A DNA stretch of 62,365 bases, counting the filler. It is 9 parts of 9 records of this genome, joined end to end, with 100 filler letters (N's around TTAATTAATTAA, not from the genome) between each part and the next. Parts side by side here need not be neighbours in the genome. Positions count along the whole stretch, not along the records: positions 37,585 to 43,034 come from DRR723986_35856; positions 43,135 to 49,366 come from DRR723986_35859; 7 more parts are not named here. One strand, written 5' to 3'. The notes under the pieces were generated by a model that saw only the letters and a program-made list of their open reading frames with translations, was not told the DNA's origin and searched no databases. The stretch's first letter is position 1; each line of letters begins with the position of its first letter. The translations under genes and the position numbers were made by a program. Of the stretch, positions 38,584 to 49,231 are shown one piece after another.

Positions 38584-38961
38584 TTAGTGTTCATAAATAA
38601 TCTTGCATTCGGGACAAATTCCAGCAGTCAATACCTGTACTGTATGAACTAAATAGTCATCAGGGATAGGTACCTCAATAGGCTTGGGTTTCAAAGTGTA
38701 AATAGTATTACATTCCATACATTGAAAGTGGTTGTTAGTAAGTACCCCATTGGATTTAAAGCAAATTGAGTGTCTGAAATCCCCGTTTAAATCTGGAAAT
38801 CGATAAATCAAACTTTCTTTTTCCAGTCTAAGTAACATCCGGTAAATAGTCACTCTACTTACTGAATTCCCCACTTGGTTTTTGATCCCAGAATAATTAA
38901 TGGGATGCTTAGCAAGGCTAATAATTTTGAGAATTTTTCTTCTGGCTATGGTATTTCCCAT
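38584..38961 (-). CDS. Fur-family (Zur-like) transcriptional regulator
   Basis: RVTIYRML, HFQCMEC, GICPEC. Confidence 0.85.
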   Translation of the reverse strand: MGNTIARRKILKIISLAKHPINYSGIKNQVGNSVSRVTIYRMLLRLEKESLIYRFPDLNGDFRHSICFKSNGVLTNNHFQCMECNTIYTLKPKPIEVPIPDDYLVHTVQVLTAGICPECKIIYEH

Positions 38962-38974
38962 TCATAAATTTACA

Positions 38975-39171
38975 TGCAACAGTATTGCAAATATGGTAGA
39001 TTAATCTTTAAGTGCAATAGTATTGCATTTAAGTTTTTGAGATTTTTTTTAATGAAATATTTTAAAAAAGGCTATTCCTGTGAGAATTAAAGGGTTTTGC
39101 ATTTTTTTCAATTTTATTAAATGCAACATTGTTTCATGTAATTTTGATTCTATATTTGCAATAATATTGCA
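38975..39171. promoter_or_regulatory. Four Fur/Zur-type boxes TGCAA-N5-TTGCA in a divergent promoter
   Basis: TGCAACAGTATTGCA at 38975, TGCAATAGTATTGCA at 39013, TGCAACATTGTTTCA at 39122 (one mismatch), TGCAATAATATTGCA at 39157. Confidence 0.85.
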
Positions 39172-39179
39172 TTTAACCG

Positions 39180-41426
39180 TTGATGATCCGTCTTATATTT
39201 CTTTTTTCTGGTCTTTTATTACCTGGAGTAGCAACAGCATTTTCTCTGATAGTTTTCTCTGAAAATATGGCTGGTCCAAGTATTCATTCCTTTAGTTTTG
39301 AGGCCATGTTTTATTTTCTACCTGACACTATGCCTAAAACTCAGGAATTGGAGGAAGTGGTGGTTATTGACCGGGCAGAAATAATTCGAAAGGAGCAATC
39401 AAACAGCATTGAATTAGTCGGGAAAGATTTTATCCGTGAAAACCGAAGCGGGAGCTTGATGAAATCTCTAGAAAGGATTCCAGGAGTAGGTATGATCGGG
39501 ATAGGTTCTGGAGCCTCTAAACCTTTGATCCGTGGACTGGGATTCAATCAGGTCATGGTAGTGGAAAACGGTCTCAAACATGAGGGCCAACAGTGGGGAG
39601 CCGATCATGGACTTGAGGTGGATCAATTTGCGGCAGATCAGATCTTCATCATCAAAGGCCCTGCTTCCTTTAAGTATGGTTCTGATGCCATAGGAGGAGT
39701 GATTGATATCCGTGAAAAGCTACCTGCTGCAGAAGATGGTTTTGGGGGGGCTCTCGAGCTAGGTACCCGATCTAATAATGCCTGGTTTGGAGGTTCTTCC
39801 AATCTATTTTACAGAAAAAACAACTGGTTTGCCGAAGGTAGACTGACTGTAGCTGATTATGGTGATTTTAGAGTTCCCTCAGATTCAGTGTTTGTTTATG
39901 ATTTCGGGGTGGCATTACACGAGGGACAGGTCAGAAATTCGGCTGGAAAAGAACTCGATTTCTCAGCTAGGGTAGGATATCTGGGAAAGAATATCCGCAA
40001 TTCTTTAGGGTTCAGTAGAGTAAGTACCAAAGCAGGTTTCTTTGCCAATGCCCATGGTCTTGAACCAAGACAAGTGGATACGGAACTTCATGATCGCTCC
40101 AATCGGGATATTTTACTGCCTTTTCAGGAAGTGACCCATACCAAAGTGATCAATAAATCTAGCTATACGACTGTGAATAACTTCCTTCAATTGGATTTCG
40201 GTTATCAGAGAAATGATCGGAAGGAATGGAGCCAGTATGTCAACCATGGTTATATGCCTGCGATTTTTCCATCTGAGTTTCCTTACCCATCCACCCTTGA
40301 AAGGGCATTTGATAAAGAGGTGTTTTCTGTAACCCTGAAAGACGAACTTTTTCTAGTCCGGCATGAACTGGAATTCGGTACCAGTGGCGAATACCAACAC
40401 AATGATATAGGCGGATGGGGCTTTTTGATCCCGGCATTTCAGCAATTTAGCTATGGAATTTTTGCAATCGATAAGTTCAGATTGACGCCACTTTGGCAAT
40501 TGACTGCTGCTCTTCGCTTTGATCACAGTCAGATCCATGTGGAGGAATACCAGGATTGGTTTCCCAGTGTTGAAGACGCTTCCCAGGCAACTCAAGCGGA
40601 TTACTTGGTGAGGGCAGGGGAGTTTCAGCGAAAATTCAATAATCTGGTTTGGTCAGTAGGAGTGAATTATAATCCAGGAGATCTGGTGTTAAAGGCAAAT
40701 GTTGGGACTAGTTTCCGAATGCCTATTGCCAAGGAGTTAGCTGCCAATGGGGTGAATTACCATTATTTTCGATACGAACGTGGTAATATTAATCTAGACC
40801 CAGAACGCTCTCTTCAGCTGGATTTGGGAGGTGAGTTAAAAAGGGAAAATTTGCTACTTTCTTTTAGTCCATTTGTGAATTTATTCTCGAATTACATTTA
40901 TCTCAATCCTACTGCCGAAATGGATGTGCTCTATGGTGCCGGAAATCAAGTGTTTACCTACACCCAAGCAAAGGTATTGAGGTATGGTGCAGAATTCAGC
41001 GCGAACTATCAATTGAATTCGAATTGGAGTTTTGAATTACTCGGAGAATATGTTTATAGCGAGCAGATGTCCGGACAGAAGCAAGGATTTACATTGCCGT
41101 TTTCACCGCCTCCATCAGGGATTATTAATGTCACTTACAAGCCGTTGGCTCAAGGTTTTTTTAAAAATCCATATTTCGCTGTTGATTTCAGAGCTACTGC
41201 CAAACAGGTAAATATTGTTCCTCCTGAGAAAATCACACCAGGTTATCAGTTAGTGAATTTAAGGGCAGGGACTTCTATTACAATACTTGGGCAACGAATT
41301 CTGACCGACCTTCAAATCCAGAATCTCTTCAATACCCGATACCTGAATCACACGAGTTTCTATCGTCTGATCAATTTGCCAGAGGCAGGTAGGAATATCA
41401 GCATTTCACTTAACTATCAGTTTTAA
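39180..41426 (+). CDS. TonB-dependent receptor, probable metal uptake
   Basis: LEEVVV, IPGV, KPLIRGLG, EGQQWGADHG, KGPASFKYGSDAIGGVI, C-terminal LNYQF. Confidence 0.93.
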   Translation: MMIRLIFLFSGLLLPGVATAFSLIVFSENMAGPSIHSFSFEAMFYFLPDTMPKTQELEEVVVIDRAEIIRKEQSNSIELVGKDFIRENRSGSLMKSLERIPGVGMIGIGSGASKPLIRGLGFNQVMVVENGLKHEGQQWGADHGLEVDQFAADQIFIIKGPASFKYGSDAIGGVIDIREKLPAAEDGFGGALELGTRSNNAWFGGSSNLFYRKNNWFAEGRLTVADYGDFRVPSDSVFVYDFGVALHEGQVRNSAGKELDFSARVGYLGKNIRNSLGFSRVSTKAGFFANAHGLEPRQVDTELHDRSNRDILLPFQEVTHTKVINKSSYTTVNNFLQLDFGYQRNDRKEWSQYVNHGYMPAIFPSEFPYPSTLERAFDKEVFSVTLKDELFLVRHELEFGTSGEYQHNDIGGWGFLIPAFQQFSYGIFAIDKFRLTPLWQLTAALRFDHSQIHVEEYQDWFPSVEDASQATQADYLVRAGEFQRKFNNLVWSVGVNYNPGDLVLKANVGTSFRMPIAKELAANGVNYHYFRYERGNINLDPERSLQLDLGGELKRENLLLSFSPFVNLFSNYIYLNPTAEMDVLYGAGNQVFTYTQAKVLRYGAEFSANYQLNSNWSFELLGEYVYSEQMSGQKQGFTLPFSPPPSGIINVTYKPLAQGFFKNPYFAVDFRATAKQVNIVPPEKITPGYQLVNLRAGTSITILGQRILTDLQIQNLFNTRYLNHTSFYRLINLPEAGRNISISLNYQF

Positions 41427-41442
41427 ATACTCTAACCTAACC

Positions 41443-42363
41443 ATGAAAAGACTAACCAACAATTATTTATTACTACTTTTTTCAGTGCTGATTTTCTCTG
41501 CTTGTGAGGATGATCCAAAGCCTGTCTTGCCTTCGCCAACTATAGAAAACATTGAAATCGGTGCTGCCGATAACAGAAGGGCCATAATCGGGAGAGATTT
41601 TCACCTTGAAATGGATGTGCTGGCCGGAGATAAAATCGATGTAATACAAATTAGGATTGAGCCCAAAGATGGAGAAACCTATGCCTCAGTCTGGAGTTTT
41701 GAGCTGACTTGGGAACAATTCAAAGGTGCCAAAAATATCACTGTACATCAGCACTTCGATGTACCTAAAGAGGCCGTGGAAGGAAAATATGACTTCATTA
41801 TCATCGTTACTGATGAAAATGGAACCATGTTAGAAAAGTCTTACGATTTGCATATAATAGACCCTGCCAATCTAGAAGTTGATCCTATGCTATATATCTG
41901 GATGATTATGACTGATCAAGGAGATTTTCATTACGTCAATGAGTTGCTTGAGAGACCAGAAGGAGTTGAATTTTCAAAAGGTGAAGTCCTGACTTCCAGT
42001 ATTAATATCAATAATGTAAAAGGAGACGGCGAACTGTATCTTTTGCTGATCAAGAAAGGCCAAAACCACAAGCCAGAGTCAGTTGAGAATATTGATTTTT
42101 CTAAAGTAATAGTATACGATACTTTTAAACATCAAGATGAAGTGGATGTTTATTCCTTCAGTAATATTCTATATGATGGTATACGTCCAGCTCCAGAATT
42201 TACTATTGGAGCTCCGGTGGACAACAATAATCCACAGAGTGATTTGACTTCAGGAGATAATTCTTGGTCAAACGGTGAGTATTATTTTGGTGTGGTTTAT
42301 ACAAATACCACCTATAACTTAAACCTCCATTTTTATTTAGACATAAACATGACTGGCTTTTAA
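41443..42363 (+). CDS. DUF4625-like lipoprotein
   Basis: Lipobox FSAC, GRDFHLE, VHQHFDVP...GKYDF. Confidence 0.75.
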   Translation: MKRLTNNYLLLLFSVLIFSACEDDPKPVLPSPTIENIEIGAADNRRAIIGRDFHLEMDVLAGDKIDVIQIRIEPKDGETYASVWSFELTWEQFKGAKNITVHQHFDVPKEAVEGKYDFIIIVTDENGTMLEKSYDLHIIDPANLEVDPMLYIWMIMTDQGDFHYVNELLERPEGVEFSKGEVLTSSININNVKGDGELYLLLIKKGQNHKPESVENIDFSKVIVYDTFKHQDEVDVYSFSNILYDGIRPAPEFTIGAPVDNNNPQSDLTSGDNSWSNGEYYFGVVYTNTTYNLNLHFYLDINMTGF

Positions 42364-42425
42364 ATAAGGATGGCCAACACATTCCTATTTTGACTAGTTG
42401 AAGATAAAAAACTAAAGAAATTAAA

Positions 42426-42890
42426 ATGAAAAATTGTCTAATGTTCTTGATGATGGGAAGTTTATTGGCTTCTTGTGGGGAAGATGAAAAGCCCCTTATC
42501 GATACAGAATACCCGAAGATTCTTATAGAAGGTGACTCATTTCCTTTGCAATGCAGTGTGATTGACCGAGGATCAACTTTGCAGTTCAAGGCCTATTTCT
42601 CAGACAATATTGAGTTGGGAAGTTATAGTCTGGATATTCATCACAATTTTGATCACCACACCCACAGCACAGAGGTGAGCAGCTGTAATGAGGATGCGAT
42701 TAAGATGCCGGAAAATCCACTTTTGTTGATTCAGACTTATACCATTCCTGACGGGCGAAAAGAATATGTCGGGATCGCTGAAATAGAAATCCCTTCAGAT
42801 ATAGATCTTGGTGATTACCATTTCCTAATTCGCCTGACAGACCATGAGGGATGGCAGACTCTTCAAGGATTAAGTATTAAGATAAAATGA
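42426..42890 (+). CDS. DUF4625-like His-rich lipoprotein
   Basis: Lipobox LASC, DIHHNFDHHTHS, GDYHF. Confidence 0.8.
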   Translation: MKNCLMFLMMGSLLASCGEDEKPLIDTEYPKILIEGDSFPLQCSVIDRGSTLQFKAYFSDNIELGSYSLDIHHNFDHHTHSTEVSSCNEDAIKMPENPLLLIQTYTIPDGRKEYVGIAEIEIPSDIDLGDYHFLIRLTDHEGWQTLQGLSIKIK

Positions 42891-42910
42891 TTTGGTTGAT
42901 GGTTGATTGG

Positions 42911-42944
42911 AAAGGCTGTTTAGGAATCTAGGCAGCTTTTTTTA
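42911..42944 (+). terminator. Intrinsic terminator
   Basis: AAAGGCTGTTTAG-GAAT-CTAGGCAGCTTTT followed by further T. Confidence 0.7.
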
Positions 42945-43134
42945 TTAACACTAAAGCTCATATCATCCTACAGTTGTAGTAAAGATATATTTTCCCATAG
43001 GGTACAGTGATTTTTCAATATTAATAAATTGAAGNNNNNNNNNNNNNNNNNNNNNNNNNNNNNNNNNNNNNNNNNNNNTTAATTAATTAANNNNNNNNNN
43101 NNNNNNNNNNNNNNNNNNNNNNNNNNNNNNNNNN

Positions 43135-43254
43135 CTCGTCGAAGGGGTTCATCGACATTTTTACATTGGCGAGATCAACACCGCTTCCATCCGCTTTCAC
43201 ACGAACTTTTACGTTGTAGTCAATCACGCGCTTGACAGGCACGAGTACCTTCAT
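43135..43254 (-). CDS. etfB: Electron transfer flavoprotein beta subunit (3' truncated)
   Basis: Minus strand encodes [40 protein letters not shown]. Confidence 0.93.
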
Positions 43255-43484
43255 TTTTGCGTATGCTCCTTAACAAAAACGGCAAGCCGCTGGGCGACTC
43301 CACCAATGCTCTCACCGGGGTAGATAGCGAGTCGGTGCGGCGTGGAACAGGGCAAAATCGTCACGTCTTGCCCTCTCGACGTCGCGTTTTGTCTTTTTTG
43401 CTCATCAATGCGCAAGAATATTTCGCGCAGGTTGCGATCACATGCGTTGAAAAGAGCCTGAAAAACCGGGGGTTGTAGGGCGAT

Positions 43485-44057
43485 CTAGCGATTTGCGCCG
43501 GGAACCCAAAGAACATCGTCTTTTCCGCCGTTATTTGCGGTGCGCGCTGCAACAAAAAACCAATCGCTGAGGCGATTTAGATATTTGATGGCTGCGGCGT
43601 TTACAGATTCGTCACCGGACAACTCAACCGTCAGCCGTTCTGCGCGACGCGATACCGTGCGACAAACGTGCAATTGCGCGGCAAGCGCAGACCCGCCCGG
43701 CAGGATGAAACTGCGCAGCGGTTCAAGATCTGCGTTCATAACGTCAATTTCGGCTTCGAGACGATCAACCTGTGCCATCGCGACCCGAAGCGGCGGGTAT
43801 TCCGACTCTGCATCCTTTTCCATGTCAGGACGACACAAGTCCGCCCCAAGATCAAAGAGATCATTCTGGATACGGGACAGGGCGGCATCAAAATCCCCCT
43901 CTGCGGACAGTCGTGCCACGCCAACGAAAGAGTTCAACTCATCCGTGGTGCCGTAGGCCGAAACGCGATCCGCATATTTTGCGACGCGATCTCCATTACC
44001 AAGTGCCGTTGTGCCGCCATCACCCGTGCGGGTGTAGATCTTGTTTAGAACAACCAT
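43485..44057 (-). CDS. pduO: ATP:cob(I)alamin adenosyltransferase (PduO type)
   Basis: KIYTRTGDGGTT, AYGTTDELNS, FILPGGS, RRAER, YLNRLSD. Real start is ATG 44057 (TAATG overlap). Confidence 0.93.
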   Translation of the reverse strand: MVVLNKIYTRTGDGGTTALGNGDRVAKYADRVSAYGTTDELNSFVGVARLSAEGDFDAALSRIQNDLFDLGADLCRPDMEKDAESEYPPLRVAMAQVDRLEAEIDVMNADLEPLRSFILPGGSALAAQLHVCRTVSRRAERLTVELSGDESVNAAAIKYLNRLSDWFFVAARTANNGGKDDVLWVPGANR

Positions 44058-44263
44058 TACTGGCCTCCTTGCCCGCGAAGGTAGACGTACAACACGATCA
44101 AAACGACAGCGATAAACTGAAACAGCAATCGCAGGCGCATCATCTTGTTGCCGTGTTTGGCGTTGAACGCCCCGCCGCCAGCGAACCCGCCTAGGCCAAT
44201 CGCCAGCACAACAACCACGGCTGCCATGGCCAGTATCATTACAACATAAACAAGATCGCCCAT
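44057..44263 (-). CDS. Twin transmembrane helix small protein (HIG1-like)
   Basis: Two TM helices flanking NKMMRLR. Confidence 0.85.
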   Translation of the reverse strand: MGDLVYVVMILAMAAVVVVLAIGLGGFAGGGAFNAKHGNKMMRLRLLFQFIAVVLIVLYVYLRGQGGQ

Positions 44264-44337
44264 GGGGGCCTCGCAGATTGAGTTCGATTGTGTCTGATCT
44301 AGCGGGCTGCCGGCAAAAAGCGAACTGGTTTTTTGCC

Positions 44338-45165
44338 TCAGAGGCGGCGCAAGATGCGGTCAATTGCCCGCGTTGACAGAATTCGACGCAGATATCCTGC
44401 GATATAGGTGGGCGTGGTCACGTAATAGCGGGGCCGTGGATTTTTGGCTGTCACTGCTGAAACCAGTCTTGATGTCACGGCAGAAGCGGGCAGTTCAAAC
44501 GTGTCCGTGCCGGTGTCTTCGTAAAGGCGTTTCAGCAAAGATGTCTCGTACAGCGGGCGTAGGGCTGAGTTCTTCCAGTCAACGAACTGTTCAAAGTGCG
44601 GGATCGCTTTTTCCCGCAGCTTGGACGTGATGGGCCCGGGTTCGATCAAAACCACACGGATATCTGTGTCGCTTAGCTCAAGGCGCAGCGTATCAGTTAG
44701 CCCCTCAAGCGCGAATTTTGTCGCGACATAAGCCCCACGCCAACGAAACGACACCAATCCAAGAACGGACGAGCATTGCACAATGCGCCCGTGGCCTTGG
44801 GCGCGCATCACCGGAATGATCTGCCGGGTGAGTTCGTGCCAGCCAAACACATTGGTTTCAAAGATGTGGCGCAACCCATCCGTCGACACATCTTCGACCG
44901 CACCGGGAAGCCCGTGCGCACCGTTATTGAACAGAGCATCTAGGGTGCCCCCGGTCGCGGCCAGAACTTCGCCCAGACCAGTGCTGATGCTGGCAGAGTC
45001 GGTGTAATCAATGCGAGGGCTTTCAAAGCCCTGCGCCCGCAGGCGGTCGCAATCACGTTGCTTGCGGCAAGATGCAAAGACGCGCCACCCTTTGGCGCGC
45101 ATACCGTGGGCCGCATCAAGACCGATACCCGATGAACAGCCGGTGATTAGAATGGATTTTTGCAT
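44338..45165 (-). CDS. Short-chain dehydrogenase/reductase
   Basis: ITGCSSGIG, NNG, YVATK. Confidence 0.93.
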   Translation of the reverse strand: MQKSILITGCSSGIGLDAAHGMRAKGWRVFASCRKQRDCDRLRAQGFESPRIDYTDSASISTGLGEVLAATGGTLDALFNNGAHGLPGAVEDVSTDGLRHIFETNVFGWHELTRQIIPVMRAQGHGRIVQCSSVLGLVSFRWRGAYVATKFALEGLTDTLRLELSDTDIRVVLIEPGPITSKLREKAIPHFEQFVDWKNSALRPLYETSLLKRLYEDTGTDTFELPASAVTSRLVSAVTAKNPRPRYYVTTPTYIAGYLRRILSTRAIDRILRRL

Positions 45166-45233
45166 GACGCCCTTTGAGTGACTTAGGCGCAGCTATGACA
45201 ACAGACGAATCAAGGCGCAACGGAGAGTAAGCG

Positions 45234-45869
45234 TTAGCGTGATTTTTTTGTGACAAGAGAGGCCGCGACCCAGCCAATTTGTCTTTCCGGCAACACTCTC
45301 AGGCGCAACCATCCAGTTCCGGATTCGCTCAGCACTTCGACCTGATGGCCAATGTTGAGGCGGGCCACGACGGGGTAAATGGTGCCGGGCCCATCGCGCA
45401 TGTTGACGCGTGTGCCCATGACCTCTCGTACGTCTGGTTTTGGCTCAACGTATTCTGGGGTGGGGGCAGGGGCCTCGGGGGTCGTGACTTCGACTGCTTT
45501 AATAGAGGCCGCTCCTTGCTCAAGAGAGACAAGACTAAAAGCTTGTGTTGCGGTGGGCTGAAAAACGCTGCCGTTGGTTGCCAGGCTGGCACTGATTTGT
45601 GCAAGGCCAGCGGCTTCTTGTTCTGCCGTTAATTCCGGTTCGGGGGCCGGGGCTACTGCAGTGGGAATTTTGCGTCGAGCAATTGCTGGCTTAGCGACCA
45701 ATGTGGTCGCAACAACCGGAGTAGAGAGTGAGGCGGTACTGGCTTTGGTGACCTGCGCGATTCGCTCGGGTTTGGCAGGGCGAACGCCACGGGGTTCGAA
45801 GTCGGCACCCCCGCTCAGCTCGTAAAAAGCAAAGCTAAGCACAGCAAAAGACAATAAGACAAAGCGCAT
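45234..45869 (-). CDS. Bacterial SH3 domain protein
   Basis: C-terminal VNMRDGPGT...GW...GWV. Confidence 0.85.
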   Translation of the reverse strand: MRFVLLSFAVLSFAFYELSGGADFEPRGVRPAKPERIAQVTKASTASLSTPVVATTLVAKPAIARRKIPTAVAPAPEPELTAEQEAAGLAQISASLATNGSVFQPTATQAFSLVSLEQGAASIKAVEVTTPEAPAPTPEYVEPKPDVREVMGTRVNMRDGPGTIYPVVARLNIGHQVEVLSESGTGWLRLRVLPERQIGWVAASLVTKKSR

Positions 45870-46075
45870 GTAAGCGCCCCCCGAAAAGCACAGTGGTGAA
45901 ATGGAATCGGCAGTAATTTCGCCAACATCACCATACCATATTTACTGAATTTAGTCTAAACACGGGGAAAGTCCGGTCGATTGCTCCCCGTTTGAGCAGC
46001 CTTTCTGTGACTTACCCCCAGCAAAATTTCTTCGCTTGCTTTACCCAAGGCTCTGGGCGGCGTATCACATGATCT

Positions 46076-48424
46076 ATGACGGATACCATTGACGACCCCA
46101 ACATGAAGCCCCCCGAGCCGGGTACTGAAGTGGCAGAACCACTGCGCCGTGCCATTGGCGAGCGGTACCTGACCTATGCGCTCTCGACGATTATGCACCG
46201 GGCGTTGCCGGATGCACGTGATGGTCTAAAGCCAGTGCATCGCCGGATTCTCTATGCAATGCGCGAACTGCGGCTAAGCGCGACAGGGGGATTCCGAAAA
46301 TCAGCCAAGATCTCGGGCGATGTGATGGGCAACTATCACCCGCACGGTGATGCGGCGATTTATGATGCCATGGCGCGTTTGGCGCAGGACTTTAATGTCC
46401 GCTTCCCTCTGGTCGACGGTCAGGGGAACTTTGGTAACATCGACGGCGATAATCCGGCGGCGGCGCGATATACCGAAGCACGCATGACCATCGTGGCCGA
46501 AGCCTTGCTGGATGGTCTGAACGAAGACGCCGTTGATTTCCGTGAAAACTACGACGGAACGCTGACCGAGCCGGTGGTATTGCCGGCCCAATTCCCGAAC
46601 CTGCTGGCCAATGGTTCAAGCGGGATCGCGGTTGGGATGGCGACAAATATCCCGCCGCACAATATCGCCGAGCTGTGCGATGCGTGCCTGCATCTGATCA
46701 AAGTGCCGGACGCACGCGACGACACGCTGCTAAATTATGTGCCGGGGCCAGATTTCCCGACCGGCGGCATTATTGTTGAGCCCCCAGAAAACATCGCACA
46801 GGCCTATCGCACTGGGCGTGGGTCGTTCCGGTTGCGTTGCAAATATGAGATCGAAGATCTGGGACGCGGACAGTGGCAGATCATTGTCACTGAGATCCCG
46901 TATCAGGTTCAGAAATCCAAGCTGATCGAAAAGATCGCTGAGCTGATTCAAAACAAGAAGATCCCCATCCTAGGGGATATTCGCGATGAATCAGCAGATG
47001 ACGTGCGCATAGTCCTGGAGCCGCGTTCCAAGAACGTCGAACCCGAAGTTCTGATGAGTATGCTGTACCGCAGTTCTGATCTTGAGGTTCGATTCTCGCT
47101 CAACATGAATGTGTTGATTGACGGGCTGACCCCCAAAGTATGCTCGATGAAGGAAGTGCTGCGTGCCTTTCTTGATCACCGGCAAGAGGTCTTGCTGCGC
47201 CGGTCACGTCACCGGTTGGGCAAAATTGATCACCGTCTCGAAGTGCTCGAAGGCTTTATCATTGCCTTCCTGAATCTGGACCGTGTGATCGACATCATTC
47301 GCTATGACGAAGACCCCAAAGCCGCCTTGATGCGCGAGGATTGGGGGCTGAAGCATGTCCGTGCCATGGACGAGGCTGATTATGTCTCGCCCAAGCCGGG
47401 CGAGGGGGAGCTGTCCGAAGTACAAGTTGACGCAATCCTGAACATGCGTCTGCGCAGCCTGCGGCGCCTCGAAGAGATAGAGCTGAACCGCGAACGCGAT
47501 GCGCTGATGGCAGAGCGGGCTGAGCTGGAAGATTTGATTTCGGATCCAGAGCTTCAGTGGGCCAAAATCTCTGATCAGCTTAAAGAGACCAAAAAGACAT
47601 TCGGAAAGAACTACGAAGGCGGTGCGCGCCGGACCAGATTTGCCGAAGCGGGCGAAGTCGAAGAGGTGCCATTAGAGGCGATGATCGACCGAGAGCCGAT
47701 TACGGTTGTCTGTTCTCAGATGGGCTGGATACGGGCCATGACGGGTCATATCGACCTGAACCGTGAGCTAAAGTTCAAAGATGGCGATGGACCACGGTTC
47801 ATTTTCCACGCCGAAACCACGGACCGGTTGTTGGTGTTTGGAAACAACGGCCGTTTCTATACGCTGAGCGCATCAACCCTGCCCGGTGGGCGCGGGATGG
47901 GGGAGCCACTGCGTCTGATGGTGGATCTGCCAAACGATGTCGAGATCGTGGATCTCTTTATACATACCCCGGATCGCAAGCTGTTGGTTGCCTCTAGTAC
48001 TGGCAATGGATTTGTGGTGCCCGAAAATGACGTACTGGCGCAGACCCGCACAGGCAAACAGGTGCTCAACGTCAAAGGCGATGAACGCGCAATGATCTGT
48101 AAGCCGGTTTCGGGCGACCACGTGGCGGTGGTGTCGCAGAACGGTAAGTTCCTTGTCTTCCCAGTCGAAGAACTCCCCGAGATGGGGCGGGGTAAAGGCG
48201 TGAAGATCCAGAAATACAACATGGCCCGCGGTAAGCAGGGCGCGTTGGAGTTGGATGGCGGTCTGTCTGACATCACGACCTTTAAGTGGGGCGAGGGGCT
48301 GAGCTGGCCCATGGGGGGGGATAAAACCCGCCATGAGACAGATCTGTCGCCATGGTTGGCCAAACGCGCCACTGTCGGCAAACGTCCGCCCTATGGTTTC
48401 CCACGGGACTATAAATTTGCGTGA
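46076..48424 (+). CDS. parC: DNA topoisomerase IV subunit A
   Basis: RYLTYALSTIMHRALPDARDGLKPVHRR, YHPHGD, AAARYTE, GRGKGV. Confidence 0.95.
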   Translation: MTDTIDDPNMKPPEPGTEVAEPLRRAIGERYLTYALSTIMHRALPDARDGLKPVHRRILYAMRELRLSATGGFRKSAKISGDVMGNYHPHGDAAIYDAMARLAQDFNVRFPLVDGQGNFGNIDGDNPAAARYTEARMTIVAEALLDGLNEDAVDFRENYDGTLTEPVVLPAQFPNLLANGSSGIAVGMATNIPPHNIAELCDACLHLIKVPDARDDTLLNYVPGPDFPTGGIIVEPPENIAQAYRTGRGSFRLRCKYEIEDLGRGQWQIIVTEIPYQVQKSKLIEKIAELIQNKKIPILGDIRDESADDVRIVLEPRSKNVEPEVLMSMLYRSSDLEVRFSLNMNVLIDGLTPKVCSMKEVLRAFLDHRQEVLLRRSRHRLGKIDHRLEVLEGFIIAFLNLDRVIDIIRYDEDPKAALMREDWGLKHVRAMDEADYVSPKPGEGELSEVQVDAILNMRLRSLRRLEEIELNRERDALMAERAELEDLISDPELQWAKISDQLKETKKTFGKNYEGGARRTRFAEAGEVEEVPLEAMIDREPITVVCSQMGWIRAMTGHIDLNRELKFKDGDGPRFIFHAETTDRLLVFGNNGRFYTLSASTLPGGRGMGEPLRLMVDLPNDVEIVDLFIHTPDRKLLVASSTGNGFVVPENDVLAQTRTGKQVLNVKGDERAMICKPVSGDHVAVVSQNGKFLVFPVEELPEMGRGKGVKIQKYNMARGKQGALELDGGLSDITTFKWGEGLSWPMGGDKTRHETDLSPWLAKRATVGKRPPYGFPRDYKFA

Positions 48425-48525
48425 CACATGTGCCGCGATCGGGCCGAATCGCGCCGATGCTGCTTGGCATCGGCGTTGATGCTGGGATACACCCCGGAAC
48501 AAAGAAGCTTATCGAGATCTGATAT

Positions 48526-49101
48526 ATGTTCCGAATTCTTACGACCTTGATGGTTGCGTTGTTTCTGGCGGCTTGCGGGGAAACACAGCTGAACGAAGCG
48601 CCCGAAGACATGGGCGCCTTTCGTGCCCGGGTCGTGCATGTCTTTACGGACAAGGCGCTGAAATGGCCCCTGTCGCGTGATGCCGAGGCGTCGGAATGGA
48701 ACGCTTCGATGGAACGCGCGATGGAAACACGCCTGCGCCGGTATGATGGCGCGCAGGAATATGATGTGGCTGTCTCGCTCGAGGGGTTCTTGTTGGCCCC
48801 TCCGGGCATTCCGGTTCTGGTCAATCCCAAAAGTGTCGTGGTTGTGAATGTATTTGTCTATGACGTAGCCCGTAAAGAATATCTGGCCCGCAAGGTGCAG
48901 ATGGAGGTCTACGAGGACACCACAGGCCAGAGCGCGATTCTGGGCTCGGGCCATAGTCGCACCAAAGAAGAGCAGATCGCGGGCCTGTCGCTGAACATTG
49001 CCGACAAGATCGAGGAATGGATGGCCGAAGAGCACAAGGAAAACGGCTGGTTCGACAAGCGCCCAGATACCCTTTTGGATGCTGAAGCCGCAGCTGAATA
49101 A
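48526..49101 (+). CDS. Hypothetical lipoprotein
   Basis: Lipobox LAAC and a LAPPGIP motif. Confidence 0.75.
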   Translation: MFRILTTLMVALFLAACGETQLNEAPEDMGAFRARVVHVFTDKALKWPLSRDAEASEWNASMERAMETRLRRYDGAQEYDVAVSLEGFLLAPPGIPVLVNPKSVVVVNVFVYDVARKEYLARKVQMEVYEDTTGQSAILGSGHSRTKEEQIAGLSLNIADKIEEWMAEEHKENGWFDKRPDTLLDAEAAAE

Positions 49102-49231
49102 GTGAAATAAACCCAGAGCCGAGAGATTGCGCCGGATGCTCTTGATTTTTGTTTCCAAACCAAATATCTCGCGCGCGCAGATGTATAACCGGGACCCAAT
49201 GTCCCCCAAATTGCAAAAGGGTGCCTGAGGC

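Noticed and set aside
38962-39180. Cobalamin riboswitch before the TonB receptor
   Set aside because: No B12-box motifs are visible, and the region is explained by Fur/Zur-type boxes.
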